Of a stretch of 64,000 nucleotides of DNA, positions 1-6,972 are shown one piece after another. This DNA is from Parcubacteria group bacterium. GTDB lineage: Bacteria; Patescibacteriota; Minisyncoccia; Moranbacterales; UBA2206. Location of the stretch: assembly GCA_041675165.1 (NCBI GenBank), contig JBAYUI010000001.1, positions 6,901-70,900 on the forward strand, read 5' to 3'. The stretch's first letter is position 1, and every line of letters begins with the position of its first letter. The notes below the pieces were generated by a model. It saw nothing but the letters and a program-made list of their open reading frames with translations. It made no database searches and had not been told where the DNA came from. The translations under genes and the position numbers were made by a program.

Positions 1-213
1 GTCATTTTCTTTCAGTGCTGCATAGGTCAGATCCTTATAGGCCGTGAGCGCGCTGCCTGAGAAAAAATCACTGGCAATCTGGAATTTTCTGGTCACGAAG
101 ATCTTTTCTCCGTTTATGTTTATGCAGAAATAGCCTCTTTCCGGCACGATTTTTTCGATGGTGCCACCCATCTCCTCGACTACCTTTTTAATGATCGGTG
201 GATTTTTAATCAT
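1..213 (-). CDS. Partial CDS (runs off the window start); possible ATP-grasp family protein N-terminus
   Basis: ATG at 213 (minus) opens MIKNPPIIKKVVEEMGGTIEKIVPERGYFCININGEKIF..., open to position 1. It starts 4 nt after the stop of the ATP-grasp gene. The family call is inferred from context. Confidence 0.55.
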   Translation of the reverse strand, partial: MIKNPPIIKKVVEEMGGTIEKIVPERGYFCININGEKIFVTRKFQIASDFFSGSALTAYKDLTYAALKEND

Positions 214-217
214 AGGT

Positions 218-1633
218 TTATTTGTTCACATCAATTAAGAATTTCTTCAAATTGTAACGGCCGATGATGGTGGGGTAGGTCAGATGCGAGCGGTCGACCA
301 AGGTGACTCTAGTGGTGAACAGCGTGTTATTGAGTTGAATAGAAATGTTGATCATTGGCCGATAGGTGAAGCCATGGGAAGAGCGGACGGGAATAGTGGA
401 GGCGATGTCGGGTACGTTTTTGAAGATGTCCCAACGTTGTTCCTTGGTCAGATTTTTGAGTTCATCATAAGGACGTTTCAGTTTCTCGAATTCTTCCACG
501 GTTGCTTCAAAGCCTAATTGTTTGGCTAACTCATCATCAATGGATGACCAGTCGGCTCCTGTGTCGATTTTGGCTTCCACCTCGACAAATTTTTCATCTT
601 TGCCGATCAGCTTCACTTTTTCCACGGTGCCTATAACTTTCTTGCCGGAAATTTCTTCCAGTTCCTCTTCGATTTCTCCGCCGAATAAGTCTTTGCCGAG
701 GCGGATGCCGCGTTCCAATGTTTTGATCTTCAGATCGGAAATTTTTTGCAGCCGTTTTTTGAGGCCCGCCAAATTGGCGATCTGGATGGAGAGTCCTGGG
801 CGGGCGTTGAGCTCCACAATCACCGGGCCACGTTCTTTATCAATAGCAATGTCCGCCCCTAAAAAGCCTAGGCCGGAAATCTCTTGGGCGCGTACGGCCA
901 TTTTCAAAATATCATTCCAATAAGGAATTTTTATTCCGGAGAGCAAAAGCCTGGTGTCTGGAGCATATTCCACCATAGTGCTTTTGCCTTGGACGGCACT
1001 GGTGGTGGTGCCGGTGGCCATATCGATGCCGACGCCGATAGCGCCTTGTTGCAAATTGGCTTTGCCGCCGGACAACTTGGTCGGCAGGCGGAGCATGGCC
1101 ATTACGGGTACTTTATTGAAAATGATGATGCGGATGTCGGGGATGCCTTTGAAAGAATAGGGTTTGAAAAGTTTCAAAAGTTGCAAACGTTCTTCAAAAA
1201 AAGCGATGTCAGGCGTGCCGGACAAAGAGTATGATCCGTCTAAAATATTTCGGATGTGATTTTTCAGATCGTCAACAGTGATGAGGGAGCGGTCCGCTTT
1301 GATCCAGGCGTCTTCACGATTTTTTTTCTTGCCATAGACCACGACGATACCTTCACCGCCAAACCCGCGATTGGGTTTCAGGGCAAAACTGCCGGGCAAT
1401 GTCTGCCAGTCAAAATTTTCCAACTCATCGATCGTTTTTATCTTAGTGATGAGATGCGGCACGGGCAGATCATTTTTAGCTAGCACTTTTTTGCTGAGTA
1501 ACTTGTTGTCGGCTAATTTTTTGGCGCGCGACAAATTGAAAGGCCGGATATATTCCAGATTCCGCGAATTCATCCCCAAGATCTGACGGCTGATCTTGCG
1601 ATAAGCATTAATTTTTCGGAAAAAATCAAACAT
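218..1633 (-). CDS. Alpha-L-glutamate ligase-like ATP-grasp protein fused to a C-terminal retropepsin-like (RimK-associated) protease domain
   Basis: ILGMNSRNLEYI, KPNRGFGGEGI, GIPDIRII, KANLQQGAIGVGID, GFLGADI and ELNARPGLSIQIAN motifs. C-terminal AKIDTGADWSSID...IIGR aspartyl-protease motif. Start placed at MFDFF. Confidence 0.85.
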   Translation of the reverse strand: MFDFFRKINAYRKISRQILGMNSRNLEYIRPFNLSRAKKLADNKLLSKKVLAKNDLPVPHLITKIKTIDELENFDWQTLPGSFALKPNRGFGGEGIVVVYGKKKNREDAWIKADRSLITVDDLKNHIRNILDGSYSLSGTPDIAFFEERLQLLKLFKPYSFKGIPDIRIIIFNKVPVMAMLRLPTKLSGGKANLQQGAIGVGIDMATGTTTSAVQGKSTMVEYAPDTRLLLSGIKIPYWNDILKMAVRAQEISGLGFLGADIAIDKERGPVIVELNARPGLSIQIANLAGLKKRLQKISDLKIKTLERGIRLGKDLFGGEIEEELEEISGKKVIGTVEKVKLIGKDEKFVEVEAKIDTGADWSSIDDELAKQLGFEATVEEFEKLKRPYDELKNLTKEQRWDIFKNVPDIASTIPVRSSHGFTYRPMINISIQLNNTLFTTRVTLVDRSHLTYPTIIGRYNLKKFLIDVNK

Positions 1634-1680
1634 AATTAAATCATAATGCAAATGATGCGAATCTTATGCAAATACGCGAA

Positions 1681-2331
1681 TTAGAGGTGTTTTATAATTT
1701 CTTTGAAGCGCAGATATTCACTCAGGCGCAGCCCCGTCCATTTGCCGATAGCTACGTTGATGGGCACGGTAATAAGGATGAGCCAGGGCGCGCTGGCAAT
1801 GAGACGGATTAATGTTTCGGAACTGGCGATGAAAAAACCGATGATGGAAATGAACAGCGTTTCAGTGGCCAGCAAGATGGCCACGCGCGTGCCTTTTTCT
1901 ATTTGCACGGCCACAAATTTTTCGACGATAGTGATCATAATGAGAATAGGGAAAATGGACACCGCGGCCAGACCCGTGCGGTGTAGATCGCCGCCTAAGG
2001 TCAAAACGCCCAAAGTTAAAATGGCTACGGCCGTGAGCATAATAGCCACGCGTGGCAGATAGAGCAGGCGAAAAGGTTTCAAAATGAAACGCATCAGCAT
2101 CCCAGTCACAATGACTGAAATGAAAATGGTGATGCCATATTTCAAGCCATTGGTGGCGAGAAATGCGAAGGTCACGATGAGTGGGGTGTAGATGCCAAAG
2201 GCCTTCACGCCCACCACTTGGCGGAGGAGCGCGATGAAAGTGGCGATGATTGGAAGCATTAAAAGTAGAATAACTGTTTCAAAAGGCAAACCTTTTTGGA
2301 TGAAGAAAAGAATGATCGGGCTGATGTGCAT
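1681..2331 (-). CDS. 7TM membrane protein of the inactive-transglutaminase-associated family
   Basis: Multiple hydrophobic helices with RQVVGVKAFGIYTP, LLYLPR, FPILIM..VEKF and GKWTGLRLSEYLRF motifs. This family typically neighbours this ATP-grasp family. Confidence 0.8.
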   Translation of the reverse strand: MHISPIILFFIQKGLPFETVILLLMLPIIATFIALLRQVVGVKAFGIYTPLIVTFAFLATNGLKYGITIFISVIVTGMLMRFILKPFRLLYLPRVAIMLTAVAILTLGVLTLGGDLHRTGLAAVSIFPILIMITIVEKFVAVQIEKGTRVAILLATETLFISIIGFFIASSETLIRLIASAPWLILITVPINVAIGKWTGLRLSEYLRFKEIIKHL

Positions 2332-2377
2332 AAAGTTAAGTTAAAAGTTAATAAAGTTAGAAAGTTTGTAAAGTTTA

Positions 2378-2902
2378 TTAGTAATGGAAAATATTCATTT
2401 TGCGACTATTGAGGTGACAGAGGGCAATGGCCAAGGCATCCGCCGTGTCATCCGGCTTGGGCAGGGTGGCAAGCTTCATAATATTTTTGGTCATTTCTTG
2501 GATTTGATTTTTGTCCGCCCGCCCGTAACCCGTCAGTGCCTGCTTGACTTGGAGCGGCGTGTAACCACACACCTTAACACCTTTTTCACGCAATGTCAAG
2601 AGAATCGCGCCTCGCGCTTGAGCCACTTGGATGACGGTTTTTTTGTTCTTGAAGAAAAAAAGTTCTTCAATGGCCGCTTCCTGCGGGGCATATTTATCAA
2701 TGATTTTTTTCAGGTCTTGCGAAATTTCCAAAATCCGCTCATCATCCGATTTCTCTTTCTCCGTGCTGATGTGGCCATAGGCCAGCGGGACAAATTCACA
2801 ATTCTTCTCCGTCACAATCGCCCAACCCGTCGTGGCCGTCCCGGGATCGATGCCGAGCACTTTCATGCTGTCATTATTTGGTTGGGTAATATTTTTTTTC
2901 AT
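2378..2902 (-). CDS. ruvC: Holliday junction resolvase RuvC
   Basis: LGIDPG, AIEELFF, YTPLQVKQALTGYGRADK and PDDTADALAIA motifs. The true start may be MKVLG at 2866. Confidence 0.95.
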   Translation of the reverse strand: MKKNITQPNNDSMKVLGIDPGTATTGWAIVTEKNCEFVPLAYGHISTEKEKSDDERILEISQDLKKIIDKYAPQEAAIEELFFFKNKKTVIQVAQARGAILLTLREKGVKVCGYTPLQVKQALTGYGRADKNQIQEMTKNIMKLATLPKPDDTADALAIALCHLNSRKMNIFHY

Positions 2903-2964
2903 GCGGTTCTATATACATTATACTCCGAAAGGATGAGTTTAGATAATTTTTTTCAAATAAGAAA

Positions 2965-3744
2965 TCATTTTTCCCAAGTGGTGGGCAGATCATATTTGCC
3001 TTCCAGGTTTTTCCAAGTCAGCTCCACTATTTCTTTTATAGCTAGGGCAAACTTGGGAGATTCGATGATAAGCGTTTCGACGCTTTCAATGAGGCAAATG
3101 CGCACAAATTGATTGTCGCAAGATTCGATGGAAACTTTGGCGCTATAGATTTCCGGCGGCAAAAATTTGGCTTGGATGGATTTCAGTCCATCACCAAAGA
3201 ATTTTTCAAAGGGTTTCAATTGAGGTGTGTCGACAGTTATGCCGCGAACACGCGTGTTGTGAGCTTCTTTGTATTCATTCCATTCCAGGAATACTTGCGT
3301 GACAGCCGGAGAAGCATCTTCGTTGGAGGTGAAAAATCCAACAATTTCTTTTCCATATAAATCTTTCTGTCTATATTTGTAGGCTTGGCGCAAGCCTTCA
3401 ACGCCTTCGAAATACAGGATACTGGGTTTGTTAGTAGTGTTCTTTTGATAGGAGCGTAACTCGGGCAAGATTTTTTTAGCGGCCGAAAGGCGATCTTCTT
3501 GCTCCTCAATGAACGTATCTGGAGTTTTGGCGATGTATAGCTTCTTTTCTTCTCCTGGGATATGCACGATAAGACCTTTTTTGACCAGTTCCTCGGCGAT
3601 AATATAGGCAGTAGGGCGCTTGATGCCGGATTTGATGGCAATTTGATAGGGAGTGGCAGATCCAAGCTGAAGCAGGGCCAAATAGACCAGAACTTCTTTT
3701 TCGGACAAGCCTAAATTTTTTAGCGGTTCAATGAGATGGTTCAT
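2965..3744 (-). CDS. TrmB-family transcriptional regulator (copy 1)
   Basis: LGLSEKEVLVYLALLQLG...IKRPTAY...LVKKGLI wHTH, then P.ILYFEGVEG. Start moved to 3744 because the promoter at 3771-3799 leaves the 3768 ATG upstream of the expected TSS. Confidence 0.85.
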   Translation of the reverse strand: MNHLIEPLKNLGLSEKEVLVYLALLQLGSATPYQIAIKSGIKRPTAYIIAEELVKKGLIVHIPGEEKKLYIAKTPDTFIEEQEDRLSAAKKILPELRSYQKNTTNKPSILYFEGVEGLRQAYKYRQKDLYGKEIVGFFTSNEDASPAVTQVFLEWNEYKEAHNTRVRGITVDTPQLKPFEKFFGDGLKSIQAKFLPPEIYSAKVSIESCDNQFVRICLIESVETLIIESPKFALAIKEIVELTWKNLEGKYDLPTTWEK

Positions 3745-3770
3745 AGGAAGAGGAAAGTGGTTATACATGG

Positions 3771-3809
3771 ATTATAGCAAGAATAGATTGAATAGTCAAT
3801 AAAGTTGAC
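3771..3809 (-). promoter_or_regulatory. Sigma70 promoter for trmB copy 1 with an overlapping palindrome (candidate operator)
   Basis: Minus-strand TTGACT-17-TATAAT. Palindrome GTCAA-taaag-TTGAC at 3795-3809 overlaps the -35 box. Confidence 0.6.
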
Positions 3810-3901
3810 GAATAAATATGTATATTAGTAGATTGTGGCTAATAAAAAGCAATAAATGGATAAAATCAGGGTATGTTTAGATAATAAAGTAGACATAGAT
3901 A

Positions 3902-3930
3902 TTGACTAATTTCCCAAAACGCGCTATACT
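3902..3930 (+). promoter_or_regulatory. Sigma70 promoter of cassette array 1
   Basis: TTGACT-17 nt-TATACT. The GCGCTATACT context is identical to the promoter at 48569-48597. Confidence 0.75.
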
Positions 3931-4038
3931 GTGTAGTCAAGATGAGTTACGAAAAAAAGACAGTCATCCTGACAACAGTTCATTACAATTTATCACCCCG
4001 CACAATCAAGGGTTCAAAATTTGGAAAGGATAAGTGTT

Positions 4039-4209
4039 ATGAAAAGCGTAACAAAAGTAGATTGGAAAGATAAAAGATTCCACATAGGATGGAGAAGTGA
4101 GGCGGAGTGGTATGCGTATTGTATAAAAATGGGGAAATTGACGATTGATGATGAGAATCTTGATCGCTACCCCCTGCGTCGTGCACTACTATCTGTCAAA
4201 GGACGCTGA
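4039..4209 (+). CDS. Orphan small protein (56 aa), first slot of array 1
   Basis: AAGGA SD, ATG at 4039. The upstream TCAAAATTTGGAAAGGA block is shared with the ORFs at 4425 and 5354. Confidence 0.6.
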   Translation: MKSVTKVDWKDKRFHIGWRSEAEWYAYCIKMGKLTIDDENLDRYPLRRALLSVKGR

Positions 4210-4291
4210 AAAAGCGACGGCGCTGAGTCATCAGCGTAGCAACAGAAGTGAGGCCAATGAGGGTATGCTCATCGCATCACAAATGACAATC

Positions 4292-4424
4292 GGGCAAGGA
4301 GATTTAAAAAATCTTTCTTGCCCTCTCAATTAAGATTTTGAAATAAATTCGAAGTCTTATAGGGAAAAGTTCTTTGTAAAATATTGCCCAAGCAAGGGCT
4401 CAAAATTTGGAAAGGAGAAAGGCC
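4292..4424 (+). repeat. Double-hairpin intergenic element, copy 1
   Basis: GGGCAAG...CTTGCCC hairpin; CTCTCAAT-TAAGATTTTGAA/TTCGAAGTCTTA-TAGGG hairpin; GTTCTTT; SD AAGGAG. Confidence 0.85.
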
Positions 4425-4853
4425 ATGAGAAATATTTTTATATTACTCAAAGATTTCGGTGGAATGCTTAGAGTTGTCAACGCATCTTATAAATCATTCA
4501 ACATCAAGCAGAACAATGGTTCGTTGATAGAAATGGAATGTTTAGAAAGCGATTGGGCAATAGAATGGCACGAGCAGTATAAAAGTCGTGAGCCTGGATA
4601 TAATTTTGGTACTGGATCTGAGCTAAGGGCAAAATTATTTCTTTTGCGAAGCATGAATAGCGAAATTCCCCATAATGGTGGATACAGTATGACAAAACTG
4701 TACACCGGCCCCTCAGTGAAGATTGTTATGAATGAAGTGGAATATAGACTGGAGAAAAATTCCTTTTCATTCTGTTATCTGGGTGGGGATACGTATTATG
4801 GGGGAACAAGCATTTTCCCTCTGGCTGAATATTTGAAAAAATATCTCAAATAA
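4425..4853 (+). CDS. Orphan hypothetical protein (142 aa)
   Basis: Strong SD AAGGAG before ATG 4425. No recognisable family. Confidence 0.7.
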   Translation: MRNIFILLKDFGGMLRVVNASYKSFNIKQNNGSLIEMECLESDWAIEWHEQYKSREPGYNFGTGSELRAKLFLLRSMNSEIPHNGGYSMTKLYTGPSVKIVMNEVEYRLEKNSFSFCYLGGDTYYGGTSIFPLAEYLKKYLK

Positions 4854-4982
4854 AACAGTCCCAAGGGTTACAGGGTAAGTTGATGAAAATAACCTGTGAC
4901 TTTGTGGAAACATTTCACGACGGTAAGGTCAACGCCGATAATGACTATCATCCGACTGATTCACGACACGGATCAAGAAATT

Positions 4983-5071
4983 GGGAGAAAGACTAGAAAA
5001 CTAATCTTTCTCCTCTCAATTGGAATTTTAAAATTAATTTTTTGAAGTTTCATAGAGACGAAATTCTTTAA
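4983..5071 (+). repeat. Double-hairpin intergenic element, copy 2 (divergent, no downstream SD-ATG)
   Basis: GGAGAAAGA...TCTTTCTCC hairpin; CTCTCAAT-TGGAATTTTAAAA/TTTTGAAGTTTCA-TAGAG; ATTCTTTAA. Confidence 0.75.
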
Positions 5072-5222
5072 GATAGATTTTATTAGCGGGTATTTTTGTT
5101 CCACCAGGGGGGATAGATAGGGCTTTGGCTATAATCCAATGACAATTTCTGTTTTGTGGAACAGAAATACCTATTCTTGGTCCCCTGTCTATGATGACAA
5201 AGGAGGTGATAAATAAGTCTGC

Positions 5223-5353
5223 GGGCAAGAAGATCAACAAATCTTCTTGCCCTCTCAATTAAGGTTTTAAAATTATTCTGAAATCTTATAGGGAAGTGTT
5301 CTTTATAAAATATCGCCCGATCAATGGCTCAAAATTTGGAAAGGAGAATGGCT
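5223..5353 (+). repeat. Double-hairpin intergenic element, copy 3
   Basis: Perfect 12-bp GGGCAAGAAGAT/ATCTTCTTGCCC stem, a second stem, GTTCTTT and SD. Aligns end to end with copy 1. Confidence 0.85.
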
Positions 5354-5896
5354 ATGCGTGACATGGAAACTCTTATTGCGTTGTCTAATGGCGGCTTGAA
5401 TTTCAAAATCGGAATGGTTGAATACCCCAAAGAAGTTGACCCATCTTTTCCGAAGATGTTTCTCTATCGAGAAACATCCTATGGCAGAGAAGGTGTGCTA
5501 TGCTGGGTTGCTACACCAGAAAATACTTGTTGCAAAGATAATGTGCTCAATATCGAGAGTCTTTCTTTTGTAAAAGTATGTGGAGAAGCATTAAAATGTA
5601 TTGGTACTTCTTTGATTGAAACAGAGAAGTTAGAGGCGAGGCTTCTTCAGGAAATTCCTTTTGGATCTGCTGCTGGGAGAGATAAGCAGGATCATGATGA
5701 ATATATGGAAATGATCCACGATGCTCTAAATGGATTCTGCCAGCAGGTTGAAAAAGTTTTCTGGGAGAATGTTTATAAGCTCTCTTGCGAGATGAATATT
5801 CAAGAATTGAATATGGTTAGGTGTCATCGTTGGATAAAGATTAAAATTGATAAAGAAATGCAGAATGGAAATCCTGCATTTCAGTGGTATTTGTAA
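5354..5896 (+). CDS. Orphan hypothetical protein (180 aa, Cys-containing)
   Basis: SD AAGGAG, ATG 5354. No recognisable family. Confidence 0.7.
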   Translation: MRDMETLIALSNGGLNFKIGMVEYPKEVDPSFPKMFLYRETSYGREGVLCWVATPENTCCKDNVLNIESLSFVKVCGEALKCIGTSLIETEKLEARLLQEIPFGSAAGRDKQDHDEYMEMIHDALNGFCQQVEKVFWENVYKLSCEMNIQELNMVRCHRWIKIKIDKEMQNGNPAFQWYL

Positions 5897-5902
5897 GTGT
5901 AT

Positions 5903-6004
5903 GGGCAAGGAGATGATTCAATCTTCTTGCCCCTTCAATCAAGATTGCAAAAATGTTTTGTGATTTTGTAGAAGAAAAATTGTTCTTTAAATCCAAAAGG
6001 AGAG
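5903..6004 (+). repeat. Double-hairpin intergenic element, copy 4
   Basis: GGGCAAGGAGAT/ATCTTCTTGCCC; CTTCAAT-CAAGATTGCAAAA/TTTTGTGATTTTG-TAGAAG; TGTTCTTTAA; SD AAGGAG. Confidence 0.8.
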
Positions 6005-6286
6005 ATGGATATGAAAAAGATAATCGGTGGATTCGTGTCTGTTATTATTGTGCCTATGTTCCTTGTTTTTTTATGCCAAATTTTTGTGTATGATATGGCG
6101 CTGGAAGCTGTCTGGCCATTTCAAAACAAGGAGTTGGGCGAGTATGTACAAACGCTCCTAGTCAGTAAGGGCATTCCAGTAATATATTTGTATATTGCTG
6201 GAAGAATAGCGGGCGTAGGTTTGCTCGCCATGCTGACAGCCAGCGTCCTTTCTTTCAGGAAAGGAAAAGAGTGCGGAAAAGCTTAA
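6005..6286 (+). CDS. Orphan small membrane protein (2 predicted TM helices)
   Basis: SD AAGGAG and two hydrophobic stretches. The start may be 6011. Confidence 0.65.
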   Translation: MDMKKIIGGFVSVIIVPMFLVFLCQIFVYDMALEAVWPFQNKELGEYVQTLLVSKGIPVIYLYIAGRIAGVGLLAMLTASVLSFRKGKECGKA

Positions 6287-6306
6287 AAACTTTTCTTGTT
6301 CAACCC

Positions 6307-6342
6307 CGGCCGTGGAATATTTTTCCTCGGCCGGTTTTTGTT
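6307..6342 (+). terminator. Intrinsic terminator closing array 1
   Basis: CCGGCCGTGGAA/TTCCTCGGCCGG stem followed by TTTTTGTT. Confidence 0.7.
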
Positions 6343-6356
6343 ATCTTTACGAACTA

Positions 6357-6402
6357 CCCGCCTCGACTCGCGGAGACGATCCGCTCGTCGACGCGAGGCG
6401 GG
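6357..6402. repeat. GC-rich palindromic (REP-like) element
   Basis: CCCGCCTCG...CGAGGCGGG arms with an internal GCGGA/TCCGC stem, flanked by TACGAA repeats. Confidence 0.6.
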
Positions 6403-6592
6403 CGGATTAGTACGAATGTACGAATAAAAAAGTACGCGTCATTATTTGTGTAATATATAAATACAATGTGGGATTAATATTGACCGGTGAATATTCACCC
6501 CCTGATAGTGACCTCAGGGTTAAGTGGATGCGCGAATAAAACTTTTGCGTTGACTAGTGCTTCTTTTTTAGATAGTATAAAGACTATAAAAT

Positions 6593-6874
6593 ATGCGTAT
6601 TGAAATTAAAAAATTTGGTGAAATTTTAATCTCTCGCCCGGCTGGTAGGGAGGCATACTTAGCAATGTCTGCTTATATTATCAAAGAATTTAACGAAGAT
6701 GAGGTTATTGAAATAGATTTTTCCGGAGTCAAAGTGTTAACTCCTGCCTGGGCGGATGAAGTGATAACGCCACTCGCGCAAAAATTCAAAAGTGTGAAAT
6801 TGCTCAATACGGAAAATTCCTCGGTGCAAGCTACGCTGAAAACTCTGCGGGAATATTCTGATTTGAAGATATAG
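6593..6874 (+). CDS. STAS-like (DUF4325-type) protein
   Basis: FGEILISRPAGREA...IDFSGVKVLTPAWADE motif. Promoter-like TTGACT-17-TAGTAT upstream. Confidence 0.7.
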   Translation: MRIEIKKFGEILISRPAGREAYLAMSAYIIKEFNEDEVIEIDFSGVKVLTPAWADEVITPLAQKFKSVKLLNTENSSVQATLKTLREYSDLKI

Positions 6875-6882
6875 CAGACCTT

Positions 6883-6916
6883 AAAAACAGCGTAGCCTAG
6901 GCGCTATGCTGTTTTT
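6883..6916. terminator. Bidirectional terminator between convergent genes
   Basis: AAAAACAGCGTAGC/GCTATGCTGTTTTT inverted repeat. Confidence 0.65.
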
Positions 6917-6932
6917 GTTTAGCTGATATTCT

Positions 6933-6955
6933 TTCCTAAAGCCGAGCTTTAGGAA
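6933..6955. repeat. Short palindromic repeat TTCCTAAAGC-N3-GCTTTAGGAA
   Basis: A second copy lies at about 35599-35621, after polA. Confidence 0.6.
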
Positions 6956-6972
6956 GATTAGCTTTAGGAAGA

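Noticed and set aside
3936-3973. Hammerhead ribozyme in the leader (GATGAG..CGAAA)
   Set aside because: Both copies lack the invariant CU of CUGANGA, and the stem I/III geometry with an NUH site is not evident.
4292-6004. Classical integron (attC array)
   Set aside because: The spacers lack RYYYAAC/GTTRRRY ends, have two hairpins rather than one, and no IntI-like tyrosine recombinase is in the window.
4292-6004. CRISPR array
   Set aside because: The repeats are 90-135 bp and divergent, the intervening segments are gene-sized and variable, and no cas genes are present.
3900-6342. Prophage or diversity-generating retroelement
   Set aside because: No integrase, structural, terminase or reverse transcriptase gene, and no TR/VR pair with adenine-specific differences was seen.
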